In this document: positions 1 to 13,436 of the stretch, in pieces
Layout of the letters: the number at the start of each line of letters is the position of its first letter
Position numbering within the stretch: position 1 is the stretch's first letter
Assembly: GCF_006345805.1 (NCBI RefSeq)
Contig: NC_043014.1
Coordinates: forward strand, 23,560,001-23,624,000
Reading direction: 5' to 3'
DNA length: 64,000 bases
Source of the DNA: Octopus sinensis
Taxonomy: Eukaryota
Made by a program: the position numbers and the translations under genes
Notes under the pieces: model-generated
What the model was told of the DNA's origin: nothing
Database searches by the model: none
Seen by the model: the letters and a program-made list of their open reading frames with translations, nothing else

Positions 1-2601
1 GCGATTAGGTACAGCAAAGCACTAGCCATAGATAGAAATAGAGTAGAGGGTGAGCTAGTTAAGAAGCTAGAAGAGGCAATTAGAAGCGGCATCGCATCCG
101 ACGTCGTTTTGGCGGCGAGGTTGGCCCTCGACCAACACTTCAACGCCAAACACGAAGGATGTGCTGTCAGAGCTAGGATGCGTGCTCTAAGGAACGAAGG
201 TGTTGGAGCCGCGAGAGAGGCCCGGGTGGCAGAGGCGCAACAGGGCAACAAAGCCACCATTCGGTCACTGGTAGATGAACAGGGGCGCGATTGCTCGAGC
301 CAAGTAAAATGTGTGAGGCCTTTCAGCAGCATTTTGCCCGACTGTTCGGAACGAGTGGAGGGCAAGAACGTAGGGTGGACTTCAGTGCCTACCTACATAG
401 CCTACCACGACTCTCGACAAGAAAGGCAGGGTGCTGCGAAGGTGCCATCACGGCGGCGGGAGTGCGGGAAGCGATGGCAGAATGCTCGAGGGACAAATCA
501 CCGGGTTTGGATGGTCTACCCTACGAGCTTTACAATTGTATGCCAGACTTGTTTGGAGATCTCTGGCGGCGGCGGTGTACTGCAACTGGCAGCAAAACGG
601 GAGCATTCCTGGTTTTGTGAGCCGAGGAGCCGTAACACTGCTGAAGAAAGATCTAAACAAGGGAAATGTAATAGATAACTTTAGGCCCATCACTCTGCTT
701 AATGCAGACTTGAAAATTTTGGCCAAGGTGCTAGCCAAGAGGTTGGCGCTTGTCATCGAGAAACTGGTCGACAAGGCGCAAACATGCGCGCCGTGCCAGG
801 CCGGACCATCCATGACAACCTCCATCTGATGCGCTACATCATAGACAGGGTAGTTAACGAACCTGGCATGGGTGGGGCCCTGATCAACTTGGATCAATCA
901 AAAGCCTTTGATAGGGTAGACCATCGATACTTGGAGGCAGTCCTGAGAGCGGCTGGTTTCGGTCCCGTCTTCCGCGGCTGGATAGCTGCCTTGTACAGAG
1001 GCATCCGTTCGGTAATTCGCGTAAATGGACATCTATCGAGACCTTTCGACATTGCACGTTCGGTCCGTCAGGGATGCCCCCTCTCGGCGCTTCTATACGT
1101 ATTGACTCTTGAGACTACTATGCGGAAGCTGGCGACTCTAAGGGGCATCCCGCGAGAATTGGGATGCGGGACGAGCGTGTCTGCATACGCGGACGACGTC
1201 ACCGTCATAGTGTCTAGCCACGAGCACATCGAGCTGGTCGGCGAGACACTGAAAAACTACGAAGCGGTGACAGGAGCGAAAATCAACCGGGAAAAGTCAG
1301 TGGGCTTGCGACTAGGCACCTGGAGAAGCAAGCCCATGCCGTCCACCAGCGCCTCCGTCGTGGGACGCTGGACCGACGGCCCGGTTGAGTTGCTCGGGTC
1401 TGGTTTGGTCCGGACCTCCAAGTGGAGAAGAACTGGAACGAGATAACGAGTAGGGTGGTCACTCTCGCCCGGCAATGGGCCGAGAGGAAACTGTCCCTAA
1501 AAGGTCGAGCGGAGGTGGCGAACACGTACATCGCGTCCGTCATCTACTACCGCCTGACCGTCGTACCTTGTCCCGACCCTACCATCACCAAACTACAACG
1601 CATCCTCTTTCGCTTCTTTGGAAAGGATGCGTCCCGATGGTCAGGCGATCCATTTGCTGTCAACACCCGTTAAAAGGAGGGCTGGGCATGCCGTGGTTGA
1701 TGATGCGCAGACACGCGCTGAGACTGCGACATCTCTGGCTCTATGTAGACGACGGTGAACAGGTGTGGTCGCCGTTTGTGAGGCACGCTTTCCCGCAGCT
1801 CGTCTCCATGACCGAACTGCAGTCGTGGATCAAAAAGAGGCCGAGGAAGGGCGAATGGCACCGCGAGTGTCGCGTTGCTCTCAAGCAACTCTGCCGTCCT
1901 GGGTCGACCTTAAGTGACTTCAAACACAACCAAAGCATTCTATAGGGGTTTAGTGGAGGGGAGGTACGACGACGAGCTCGGGGCGAACCTGGACGTCGAC
2001 GAGGAGTACCTGACCCGCCTGTTCGGGACGACTTTCGGGCCAGGGCCCATGGACAACTTCCAGAGATCCTGGCCTGGCAGTGCTACCGAGAAGCGCTACC
2101 CGTTCGGGATAAGCTCTACAGACACGGCTCGAGAAACACGGGGCCGACCTGCCCGAGATGCGGTCAGAGCGACGAAACCGTTCTGCACGCACTCGTTCAG
2201 TGTCCAACAATTTCCGACCTGTGGGCTTATGTCGAACAACTGCTGTCACGTGTGGGACGAGTCGGTTTATCAGCTGAGTCTATCGTCAATATTGTCACGC
2301 CTCCTTCCTTCAAACGGGAAGGAAGAGCTATTTTCATCATCCTTGTGGCTATGGCGAAAGAATGTATCTGGTGGACGCGTCTGAAAGGATTGGAGACAAA
2401 CACTTTCCTCTCTGGTCAATCTCTCATCAACTTCTTCAAGTACCACTTGAAAAGGAAAGTGAGAGTAGAGAGGCAAGTTTTGTCTAGCGAATGTTTTAAA
2501 AAAGATGGGTGAATGTAGCAAGAATGGCACGTATGAATGACGAAGCCACCTTGAGCATAGTCCTATGAACCCAGAAATCGAAAACAGAGAGTTGCTTATT
2601 G

Positions 2602-2634
<33 letters not shown>

Positions 2635-2950
2635 AATGTGACTTCATTGACCGAGGTTACCTCTTTCACGGTCCACGGGTAAACCTCACCTGTCCTCCCC
2701 TTTACACTTCATATTGACATTTCTGTGATAACGATCCCTATTGATCATTTTTTTTTCCTCTCCCCCCCCCCCTTTTTTTTTTTTTTTAACCCCCCCTTAT
2801 TTTTGTCCTCTTTCTCTCCTTTTACGATCCCTTTGATCGAAACCTCCCCTTCCCTTTTTTTTTTTTTTTTTTTTTTAATACCTTCAAAAGAAAAGCTCTA
2901 CCTTGTAATTTGTTCTATCTGTGTGCAGCCCTGTGTGGCTAATAAAGAAA
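1..2950 (+). mobile_element. Tx1/L1-clade non-LTR retrotransposon, 3' part of ORF2 (RT, frameshifted) plus 3' UTR; window starts inside it
   Basis: Overlapping ORFs 291-2512 give DKSPGLDGLPYELY, NFRPITLLNADLKILAKVLAKRL, LDQSKAFDRVDH, RQGCPLS, SAYADDVTV. The element ends with AATAAA (~2941) running into (CTAT)n. Confidence 0.85.
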
Positions 2951-3055
2951 CTATCTATCTATTATCTATCTACTACTAATCTATCTATTATCTACTATCT
3001 ATCTACATCTATCTATCTATCTATCTATCTTCTATATTATATATGTATCTTATAG

Positions 3056-3090
<35 letters not shown>

Positions 3091-3425
3091 AGATATATAT
3101 AGTATGTATCCTATTCGTATATCTACTATATATCTAGGTTAGAATACTATCTAATATATATATCAAGTACTAATTTAGTATGTATATGTGTATATAATAT
3201 ATATATAAGATATTACTAAGAATATATATAGATATATATATATATACTACTTATATCATATATCTATACATAATTATATATATATATCTTTATATATATC
3301 TATATACTATATATATACATAATCTATATATATAACTATATATAATTAATTATATATATATTATATATATAATATATCTATATAATATATATATATATCT
3401 ATATATATCTATATATATATATAAT
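2951..3425. repeat. Degenerate (CTAT)n/(TA)n microsatellite
   Basis: Low-complexity TA/TATC run seen directly. Confidence 0.9.
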
Positions 3426-4494
3426 ATATTCATATGTAGGTGATATTAAACGGACAGACAGACACACACATATTACATATTATAATATACGGTACGCATA
3501 CAAACACACAATATATAATTTATGTATGTTATCGGTCGAGTCCATGTGTTATCATTGTGTGTGTATTACTTACACATTGACAGCTATGAGACAACATCTA
3601 TTCATCCGACGTCAAAGTATATCACATACATTAATATAAATTGGGCTATTCGTTATAGAATGAAAAAATCTGGAAACTTTGGCAAAATTAGTCAGGTTGA
3701 ATCATAAGCTAAATAACATTATCAGTAAAAAAGATATCACGATTATCCGCATCAGTATGAGATTTACATGTCTTTCCACCATAGGTTTATTTTTAAACTT
3801 TCAAACTTTTCATTATTCATTCTTTCGAATTTTCTCATGTCCCTATTTTTTTCTTAATATGTCATTTCCCCCATATTTAAGCGAAGAAAGCCGGTATCGG
3901 ATCTTTACACACCTATCGACCATTACCCAAGGAAATAATTGATTGATATTGAGAAATATCACAATGATGTAAGCTTGGGAGGGCCATACACCAATAATAA
4001 TAAATATATGCACTTGTTTAATATCACTTCTTTATTGTAAGTCAATTGGTCAAACATCTAACCAACTACCATTATTGGTGTAATGACCCTTCCAAGACAT
4101 GATACAATTTGTTTCAATGCACAAATCCACATAAAGAACCTTGCAAACAAAATGGAAAAAGTTGCAAGTTAATATATAGATCAATAAATATATTTTATTA
4201 TACTTTTCAAAGTACAGAGTTCTTTATTTAGTTTGTGAATATATTTGTTCCAATAAACAAGTACACCCTCCTTCCTTATCTGTACTCCACCCTCTGTGTT
4301 TGAAATGCTATGAAAAATGGTAATAGAAAACACAGAAGAGCTTCAAACACACACCACACCCACACACACATGTAATCCAGTAGTGTCACCTCAACTGATA
4401 GCACAACAGCTAACCAATGTTTAGAAACCCAGGTGAGTCCTTGTATACTCAAATTTCAATTCAGGATTAAATGTTAATTGTTCTCCCATTTTTG

Positions 4495-4690
4495 TTTGGT
4501 ATAGTTAGTTATGTGATTATGAAGCTTACTTTGCAGTCATGTAGTTTTGGGTTTAGTCCCACTGCACTGGGCAAGTGTCTCTACTCTAGCTCTCTAGCCA
4601 ACTAGCCAACTAACACCTTGTGGGTGAATTTCATAGATGGAAACTGCATGAAAGTCCTGTGTGCGTATGCATGTGTGTGTGTGTGTGTGT
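4495..4690 (+). mobile_element. Degenerate tRNA-derived SINE (family A, same as 26805-27170)
   Basis: GGGTTTAGTCCCACTGCACTGGGCAAGTGTCT matches the B-box and core of the better-preserved copy; ends in (TG)n. Confidence 0.6.
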
Positions 4691-5189
4691 GTGTGTATAA
4701 CAAAACAGGAAATTGGAAATTCTTTTGGTAATATTTACACTCCATTACACATGTTTTATTTGCTAATAGGAATCACAAAGTTTTACTAGTTAAATAGACA
4801 TGTAAGGAATTTCCTATTAGAAATTCTTGAGACAGTGAAATTAAATAATAGGGATTTACCCTAAATACCTACACTATAAATATATTCATATTAATAATAA
4901 TAATATGACAACAAAAGAATGAATGAGACCTTGATATTATGTAAAATAGAGGAATTTATCTATAAATATAATATGTAACAATTAGTTGGTTGTCATACAT
5001 ATACACGCACATACACATGCATATATACCCATGCATGCATCACTACGCTCATATACACATCTCTGCATGCACACACACATACGCGGATATACAAAATGTA
5101 GTATACATGCACATGCATATACGTGCGTGGTAAGATATATATATACAAATAAAAACACATACGCAAAAACACACGCATCCTGTTTCTCC

Positions 5190-5470
5190 AAGCCTTCTCC
5201 AAGCCTTCCGGCAACTCCAATCCAACCCCTTCACTTTGCAGACTTTCCCTAACCAACCCCTCCTCTCCTTCAAATGAGCCCACAACCTACGAGACCTCTT
5301 GGCCCACAGCTTCTTCCCTAACCCAACCTCCCAACCCGGCTCTTTCCCCTGCTCCTGCCCACACTGCTGCACTTGTCCTTACATCTCCAACACCACCCTC
5401 CTCACCAGCACCCATCATCGACCCTATCACATTACCGACTCCTTCACCTTACTAACATTCCAGCTAAATT
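5190..5470 (+). mobile_element. Penelope-like element relic (RT-to-GIY-YIG linker with Cys cluster)
   Basis: Reads FPNQPLLSFK*AHNLRDLL...PGSFPCSCPHCCTCPYI...ITDSFT, typical of the region just before the PLE endonuclease. Confidence 0.5.
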
Positions 5471-5654
5471 TTTCACTGTTATAGATAAGCATTTACCTAA
5501 ATCGAATAAATACAATAGCGTCTTTCACTGGCACACTATTAGATTGTTTTTTTTCCGCTAGCAAAAACTTAACACAAATTATAGCAGCACATAACACAAG
5601 GAGAATATCTGAATTCCAGAACAAAAAAGACAGCAGTAAAATAGTTAATAATAA

Positions 5655-6250
5655 TAATGCTCAATACCACAGATTTGCTTGTCAGTTGTTTGAATGCCCT
5701 GATGCAGTACCAGGCAATGGCTCTCGTGGCTTCTGATCTTAACTGATTTGAAGTGTTATCATGTACATTGTTTTGTCTTGGTATAAAAGATGGGCTACAG
5801 CAAATATTCTGCTCAATACTACAGATTTGCTTGTCAGTTGTTTTACCTTAACTAGTTGAGTATGTCTCTTAGTGGCTGACGATATGTGCATCTCTGATCA
5901 TGAGCAGAAGTAGTGGAGGAGCATCATAGCCATTCGTTGAGAGGGATTCTTTGGGGTTTGAATAATTCACCTCTGGAAACATGGGTGTTTCGTTCAACAT
6001 CCTTAAACAATCCTTATTCAGAGACCTTTTGAGTGGGATAGGTTACTTGACCAGAGGAAAATTCCAACTGGGCATCACCTGCAAGGTTATGTGCTGTTTA
6101 TCTTGATATGAGATCACCATGTCGCGCACATATGGTTGTGATGCATGTGCCTAGTGTACCCTTATCAGATGGGTAGTCATGATGGGTATACTGGGCTTCG
6201 TATATTTTACCCCAGTGTCACTTTGATGGCATGCACTGCTCTCTCACTCA
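5655..6250. repeat. Probable interspersed repeat flanked by (ATA)n, with an internal 33-bp direct repeat
   Basis: GCTCAATAC(C/T)ACAGATTTGCTTGTCAGTTGTTT at 5659-5691 and 5811-5843; family not identified. Confidence 0.4.
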
Positions 6251-6282
6251 ATAATAATAATGATAATAATAATTCTTACTAC

Positions 6283-6485
6283 TAAAGGTACAGGGTCAGA
6301 AATTTTGGGAAAGTGGGTAAGTCGATTATATCGACCCAAGTGCTTCACAGGTACTTAATTCATCGACCCCAAAAGAATGAAAAGCAGAATCGACCTTGGC
6401 AGAATTTGAACTCAGAATGTAGCGACAGGCAAAATACTGCTGAGCATTTCGTCCAGCATGCTAACGATTCTGCCAGCTCACCGCC
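6283..6485 (-). mobile_element. tRNA-derived SINE (family B)
   Basis: Minus strand: GGCGGTGAGCTGGCAGAATCGTTAGC (A box) ... GAGTTCAAATTC (B box) ... GGGGTCGATGAATTAAGTACC core; repeated many times in the window. Confidence 0.7.
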
Positions 6486-6511
6486 ATTTTAATAATACTG
6501 ATAATAATAAT

Positions 6512-6676
6512 AAGATAAGGAAATAATTTTATTCTCAAATGCAGGATAATGCTAATAATATAGCATGAACAGGATAAACTACCCATATTTTGCAGAAAAG
6601 TAATAGTAGTTTATCCTGTTCATGTTATATTATTAGCATTATCCTGCGTTTGAGAATAAAATTATTTCCTTATCTT
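6512..6676. repeat. 71-bp near-perfect inverted repeat with a 23-nt loop
   Basis: Arms 6512-6582 and 6606-6676 differ at only 2 positions, both transitions. Confidence 0.9.
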
Positions 6677-6774
6677 TCTATACATCTCAACGCTTCTATA
6701 GTAAACTTTATTTGTTTACTTTCATCGTAATTTGAATAATAATAATCATAATAATAATAATAATAATAATCCTT

Positions 6775-6935
6775 TCTACTATAGGTACAAGGACCGAAAT
6801 TTTTGTGGGGAAGGATAAGTCGACTACATCGACTCCAGTACTCAGCTGATACTTAATTTATCGACCCGAGAGGCATTTGAACTCAGAATGTAAAATCAAA
6901 CGATACACCGCTAAGCATTTTGCCCGACATGCTAA
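6775..6935 (-). mobile_element. SINE family B, partial
   Basis: Shares TCGACTCCAGTACTC...GGTACTTAATTTATCGACCC...TTTGAACTCAGAATGT with the 6283-6485 copy. Confidence 0.6.
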
Positions 6936-8059
6936 GATGATGATAATAATAAGTGATAGTAATTATACACATAGAGCTAAAATGGTAGATCTTGAATACA
7001 TCTACAGAAAATGATAGGGAAACACTCATCAAAATGGAGGCAAATAGGAGAAGGGAGACAACAGTTACAATTCCTAAAGCAGCTTGACCAGACAGTAAAT
7101 GCTAGACAAAATAACACGGAAACTTGAAACTAAAACCAAAATACTTGTTTAATTTTTGGTTATTTTTGTCACATTGTTTCATAGAAAAATGATAGTTTTT
7201 TTCCGCATCTTTCCATATGAAATTTATGAAAATTTCCAACAATCATAAATTGTGAATGTATCCATCCATGTTCCATGCTGTCATACATTGAATGGTTTGA
7301 CAGAACCTGATGGCTCCAAGGATTGCCTCATGCCTTAGTATCTGCTTTGGCATGGTTTCTATGACTGGATGCCCTTCCTAACACCTGTGTGTACTAGGTG
7401 CTCTTCTCATGTCACCAGCACTAGTGAGGTTGCCATGCATCTTGCACACCTATAAAACCTGAAGGGAGGGGACTTATGCTAACAGATGAGGGTTAAAGTA
7501 TGAGAAAATGGGATAGGCAGAGCAGATTCTTGTTGTAAGGGCTTTCTCGCATTTAGGAAAGAGTGAAAAATGAATCAGTAGAAGCTGTGAAGAGATAAAT
7601 GAGGAGTCCAGGTGGCACCTCAAGGTATGAGGTAAGTAAAAGTGAGTGGGGAGTGAGAAACTAGGAGTAGGTGGAGGTTTGCATGAGAATATGGGAGGGG
7701 ATGGTAGGGAAGTAGGCAACACATGTAAGGAGTGAATAGGGTTGAAGGGTGGATATGGGAGTGGGGATGGTCAATGTTGCATGAATTGGGGAAGTAGTAG
7801 GATGCAAGAAGAGAGCAATAACAAGATAATAATTATGATACAGTTGTCATGGGAAGAACAAGAGAGAGATGATGTGTTTGGGTAGGCTACAAAAGAGGGA
7901 CAGAGAGAAAGTGAGGCATAGTGCATGAGGATAGAATTCAGTATGGTCCAGTATGATGATTAGGGAAATCAATACAATGTGTGGGTGTAAAGAACAATAT
8001 GAGAAAAAGTGACATCAGGAGGTTGGGCTGCTGTGAGAGAGATGTAGTGGGGGTGATGT

Positions 8060-8345
8060 GAGGAGGAGATTGTAGCAGGTGTCCATTTGTTCACATATAA
8101 ATATTTACACCCACAGTGCTTCTAGAAATCGGTTTTGCTGTGATATGTCGGTTTTCTTGAGAACACTGGTTACATCTTATGGAGTTTCTATCTATGTCTT
8201 TTCTACAGATCAAGCAGGGCCATCTATCTGAAGGGATTTGTGATTTGTCTGCCTTCCTACTTAATAAGACATCGCTAATTTTCTTTTCTCCTTTGATGAT
8301 TGCAACAAATGCATGAAACATTAAGCCAGTTTTCTGGAGCAATTT
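8060..8345 (-). mobile_element. RTE ORF2 fragment (PHD-like finger region)
   Basis: ORF 8091-8342 VLLSRKADKSQIPSDRWPCLICRKDIDRNSIRCNQC matches the RTE copies at 30.7, 41.6 and 51.7 kb. Confidence 0.7.
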
Positions 8346-8499
8346 TAATAGATATTTAATATAGACTATTTTGATTCCCAGTATAATTTAATGGAAAATT
8401 TCAAACACACACACACACACATGCAGGCATGCATGCAAACAAACAAAACAAAACAAAATACAAAGCAAAACAAAACAATTGACATGTGCAGTAATTGTG

Positions 8500-9190
8500 C
8501 AAGTGGGTGTAAGAGCAGTGAGCTGATATTTGCAGACAACATGATGTTACTTGGCTTAGCAAAAAATGAACTCCAGCATGCACTGAACAGTTTTGCTGCT
8601 GGGATGAGAATTAGTGCTGCAAACACTGAAACATTGATAACCTCAAGAAAGTCTTCCCAGTGCACTCTGCAAGTTAGTGGAACATCACTGAGGCAAGTGG
8701 AGAAATTTAAGTATCTTGGGACCATATTCATCAGTGAAAAGAGGTAGGAAGCTGAACTATACAAGAATTGTAGGTGCTGGTAAAGTAATGCACCAGCTTC
8801 AATATTTATCTTCAGAAGAGAAGATATTTGTAAAAAAGCTAAACTTGCTATCTTCAATTTGTCCATGCCTCTCCCCATCTATGGTCATGAGTGTTGGATA
8901 ATGACCAAAAGAGTACAATCACAAATATAAGTGGCTGAAATGGGGTTCCATTGAGGGATCTCTGGAGTAACATTACTCAAGAGGGTGTGCAGCTTGGAGA
9001 TAATGGAGGCTCTCCAGATCAAGCTGCAACTTTCTCTGCATTGAGAGGTCATAGCTCTAATACTACAGACATGTGATTAGAATGTCACAGGAGAAAATCA
9101 CAAGCCAAGCAGACCAGCGGGAGGTTTTGGGGTAGACCAAGAACAAGATGGTTGGAGAATATCAATAATGTCAGTTGATGGCATTTAGGA
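8500..9190 (+). mobile_element. Decayed RTE-clade LINE, RT C-terminus to 3' end
   Basis: LIFADNMMLL (YADD-like), LRQVEKFKYLGTIF, then GRPRTRWLENI-like sequence near 9130-9160. Confidence 0.6.
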
Positions 9191-9356
9191 ATCCAGCCAG
9201 AAAATACAGTCTTTTCTTTATATAATAATAAATAATCTTTTCAATGACGGTTGTTTAGGACCTTCTGGAGGAGGTATCTGACAACTGTACTCCCACTACC
9301 TTTCCAGGAATAATGGGGAAAGAAGATGGATAGATGGAGGGATTTATGTATATATA

Positions 9357-9430
<74 letters not shown>

Positions 9431-9468
9431 AAGAAAGTGTAGTGATAAACAGAGATATTATCTCATAC

Positions 9469-9559
9469 ATTTTCATCTTCATCATCTTCAAAAGAAAATT
9501 CAAATCTGCATTTATACAATGCTCTCCTGGATTTAATAGTCTCATCAAGAAACATGTCC
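9469..9559 (-). CDS. FBXL13: FBXL13/DRC6-like gene, coding exon 3 ((W)DMFLDETIKSRRALYKCRFEFSFEDDEDEN)
   Basis: Acceptor ttgttttggcAG and donor GTatga; 91 nt, phase 2 in and phase 0 out. It completes the Trp codon split from exon 2. The peptide resembles the WDM...LF.LDD segment I recall from vertebrate FBXL13 long isoforms. Confidence 0.7.
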
Positions 9560-10310
9560 CTGCCAAAACAAAAAGATTTAAAAAAATTAACTTCCAAATT
9601 TGTGGTTAGCAATTATCATTTCACTTTTTAAACATTTCAAAAATTGGCTAATTCTAAATCCCCAAAACTGTACCCTTCTGGAACTCCATCTCAACTAATG
9701 ATTTTTCTCTTCCCAATAATTTACACATGAAATCTGATTTCAGGTAACTCAGTATTAAAGGGGTTAATTGCATGTGCTCCAACCACCCTAAAAAAGCTTC
9801 TTTTTAATCTAACAATAGCATAAAAAAAAAAAAGAAATGAGAGAGAGAGAGAAATTACCTTAGCTACTCAATCTTAATGTAACATCTCTTAAGAATTTAT
9901 TATTTGAAATAAAGGCCTAAGAAATAAACCCTTTTCTTGATCTATGAACCAAGTAGTTCAAAATCCCAATAGAAATATTTGTTCTCTGTAGTTGCGTCAC
10001 TAAATTTTGCAGTTGCTTTGAAATTGGCAGTGGAAATGTGAGCAGAAAACCACGACTCACAAGTTATCCACAGACTAGAGACTTGGTCCAAAAAGGTTCC
10101 CTGCTAAAACATTCAAAGTCCAGGTTATAATATTCAAAATGGGTATTAGATTAACGTTAAATATCAATAAGTAAAAACAGAGGGTTTGGAGAGGGAAGCT
10201 TCTTGCAGCACAATAAGTAAAAGACATTGAGAGTAGGAGGTGTTGAGAGATGTTAGTTGATTCAGCTAAGTATAAATATTTGAAAAGGGTAACATGATGT
10301 TTAATCTTAC

Positions 10311-10414
10311 CAATGAACAGATTGAAGTCCTTGTTCTTTGATATGCAAAAGTTTGTTGATAATGAACAGGTAAGGATCTTCTGGGCATATCATTGCTAAA
10401 GCAGTCATCAATGC
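10311..10414 (-). CDS. FBXL13: FBXL13/DRC6-like gene, coding exon 2 (ALMTALAMICPEDPYLFIINKLLHIKEQGLQSVH-W)
   Basis: Acceptor atttcAG and donor GTaaga; 104 nt. Contains the CPEDP docking-domain-like motif recalled from the FBXL13 N-terminus (EALL.G..V.CPEDP..YL). Confidence 0.75.
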
Positions 10415-12559
10415 CTGAAATATATCAGTTATTTAATTAGGTTTCATATATATTTTAAGATTATACGTAAAATCCTAAGTATGAGGCAAAAGGTTTATTG
10501 GCTGGGTGTAAAGGGATTATATTCAAAATATATAATTAGAAGTTAACAAACTACTTCATAAAATCGCTAAGAGTAGAAGGAAAGTATTGAATATTTAATT
10601 ACATTTCTTTGAGTTTTCAGGTCACTGTAGATCTCTGTAGTCACTAAAATAAGGAAATACATTTGAGATACTGGCTTAGCCAGAATCCATAGCTTTTTTG
10701 CAACAATCATTGGTAGCCACATGCAAGCTGTTTCCTTTCACTCCCTCTTACTTAACTTCTACCTTGACATTGCCTGCTGCCCATTATCTGCTTGAAAACA
10801 TTTTCACTTTACAAATACAGACACATATTCATTTTTAATAACACAGTGTGCATTACATTAATCAATTGGCTTTGTAAAATAGGAAAATATCTATGTACGT
10901 TCTTATAAGCACATTTACGTAAAGTTACTTTGATTGCTGTTGTTAATTAAGTTCTGTTATATTCTGTCTGCTTTCTACACTATCTCAAATTGTACTGTAT
11001 AATTACAGTTTTATTCTATTTACAATATTAGAAAAGGTCTACTTTTTCAAATGTAGGAGACAAAAAAGAAAAATTTTGCATTGTCAATTATTGTTATCTC
11101 TCCACAATCACTTTTTAATTTCAACAGTTCTCTTCTCTCACATCCTACTGGTATCACCACAAGATTTCACCCCATTTCTTTTGTATATCAAACACTTTAT
11201 CCATTCATACTTTACAAATAGTGCTTTCCTCTGCTTTTTCCCTTCAGTTACAAACTGACTGTAATTCAACATTAACCACATCAAGTTCATTCAATTATTC
11301 CCATTCCTCATTTAATTAAATTTGAATATCCCATTACTTTTGTAGAATCTTCACTTATTCCTAATGGCTTCTCTCTGTAATGAATCAGATTAGAGGAATG
11401 TCAGCCTGGAAGAACTCATTTCCTTCCAAAGTATTGACCGAGGTGTGGGAATTGTGGCTATTGAGCATAACCGAAGGCAAATAGCTCTAATGGAAGCTTC
11501 AAAAGGTAACTGTATAGTCAGACCAACAAATATAATTTTTAAAAAAAGGGAGGAGGGGGCAATCATTATGGATAATCTAGAAACATTTAATAATTTTCAG
11601 TTTTTCTACCTAATCAATACAATTCTACACACAAACATACTCTCACTCTTTTTCTTTTACAGTCACACACAAAAAAAAACTAATAAAAATATTTCAATTG
11701 AGAGTTTGATGTTTTGCCAAACATATAAGCATTTGGTAATACTAACAGTTATAAGTTCTAACACCCAACCTCTCTCACTTTCTTTTCTATAAATGTGTAT
11801 TTGAGTCAACATCTTGCAGAGTTTACTTTTCATTTAAAGTTTATCCTTCAAATCCTTGCTACGTGAAGTTTCTCATATTGTGTCTTTTTGGTGACAAAAA
11901 GAATTACATATAGCAAGAAAGTTTGAGTTATGACAAAGTGGACCTGTCTATGTGTGGGGGGAAAGTACATGACTTAACCAAATAAGCACACATACATACA
12001 CACACAAGTACATATATATTATATGTGTGTGTATGTGTTTACATAAATATCTGTATATAAATATATACAGATGTACATGTGCATAAATATGTATATCTTT
12101 CTTTTCAAGTACCATTCCTGTTTCATGTGTCAGCAATCATGACTCTCAATATCAATGCCTGAAGATTCATGATTTTCTTTGAGAAAGACACAGTACTGGT
12201 TTCTTGTTACCTTCTGTAGGTTTCTTTATAGTTTATTTCCTTAGTCTTATACACTTCCAAACCTCACCAGTTTAATGTCTTACCCAAGATTATTCATTTT
12301 CATCACTACTAACAATATTCACCAGTCAGTCTCCTTTCACTACAAGCCTACAGACTCCCAAAACTACCTGCACTACTCTCCCTCTCATCCCACATGCACT
12401 AAATCTATATCATTTTCTCAATTTCTTTGCCTTTGCCAGCTCTGCAACATTGATTCAGATCTTAAATCACAATATAAAAAATGTAACAATTCTTCCTGAA
12501 TTCAGGGTACTCTCAATTGATTATAGAACCTGTACACCACTGTATTCACCTATGCCACT

Positions 12560-12830
12560 ACTCTCCTACTCTCTTTCAGCACACCTACAGACTGTATTCA
12601 GCTCCCATCTTCCAACCAACCCTTTCATTGAAAGACAAACTCATTTCCAACTTCTGAATTCTATTTTCTGACACCACAACTGTTCCAATCTTTCCTGCTC
12701 CACCTCTCTTCACCTTTAGAAAAGATAGGGACTTTTTATTCAAGAGAATACTATCTCTACGTTTGCTAGATCTTGTCATTAATACTACAGCCTATTGTGG
12801 TTTCCCTACACAAAAGAGATTATAGAAATT
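12560..12830 (+). mobile_element. Penelope-like element relic
   Basis: Reads HFQLL...TT..IFPAPPLFTFRKDRD, homologous to the 5190-5470 relic region. Confidence 0.45.
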
Positions 12831-13149
12831 GAAGCAACCCAGAAATCAATCCCCAAAAAATAAATGAATAAGACAGGCATTGAAGATTGAAATCACCTCT
12901 AAAAGTCCAAGTATTATCTCTCTAATACTGCCATGAGCACAACATTTGTACAATGTGAAAAATATTTCACTGTCTAAACAATGTAAGTATCGAATTCATA
13001 AGTCACATGAAACTAGCCCAACCCACAGTGTTATTTGTCCCATACAGAAATTGAATTCACATCACATTGCGACACAATTTTTCATTTTTTTTTTAACCTC
13101 AACTGGTTCTGCTTTACTCAGCATTGACCTGAAAAAAAAAATTTATGGA

Positions 13150-13300
13150 TCATAACATTCAAACAATACCTGAACAAATTCCTCCCGGAGATATCAGACA
13201 AACCATTGAGACATGAATATATTTCGACACACAACAAATCTCGACTCAAGTGGGCAATGATTTCCCAAAGTATGACATAAATGACCCCCTCCCTACACTG
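13150..13300 (+). mobile_element. Small 3' relic of a CR1/L2-like LINE
   Basis: FKQYLNKFLPEISDKP resembles FKIKLDLFLSGVPDEP in the 39753-40184 ORF. Confidence 0.35.
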
Positions 13301-13436
13301 CAACGTAGTGCTGTTCAGCCAATAATAGTTGAAATCTATCTAAAGTATACTTCGAGTATATATGTTTACAAAGAGATTTCAATATAGAAACTAAATATTT
13401 TCCTGAAGTCAAAAGAGAAAGCGTCCCAGACATATT

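Noticed and set aside
291-2512. Serial frameshifts in the Tx1 ORF, and the Helitron shift at ~56640, as programmed frameshifting
   Set aside because: Positions are irregular with no slippery-site or structure pattern; decay or consensus error is more likely.
3900-7300. Candidate FBXL13 exon 4 (~4030-4140, ~5480-5606 and ~7150-7260, minus strand)
   Set aside because: None combined the correct phase, an open frame and convincing similarity.
9859-10100. Segment with good-looking AG/GT sites as FBXL13 exon 3, implying a frameshifted pseudogene
   Set aside because: The in-phase frame stops after 11 codons. The exon at 9559-9469 splices in phase and matches the expected WDM motif.
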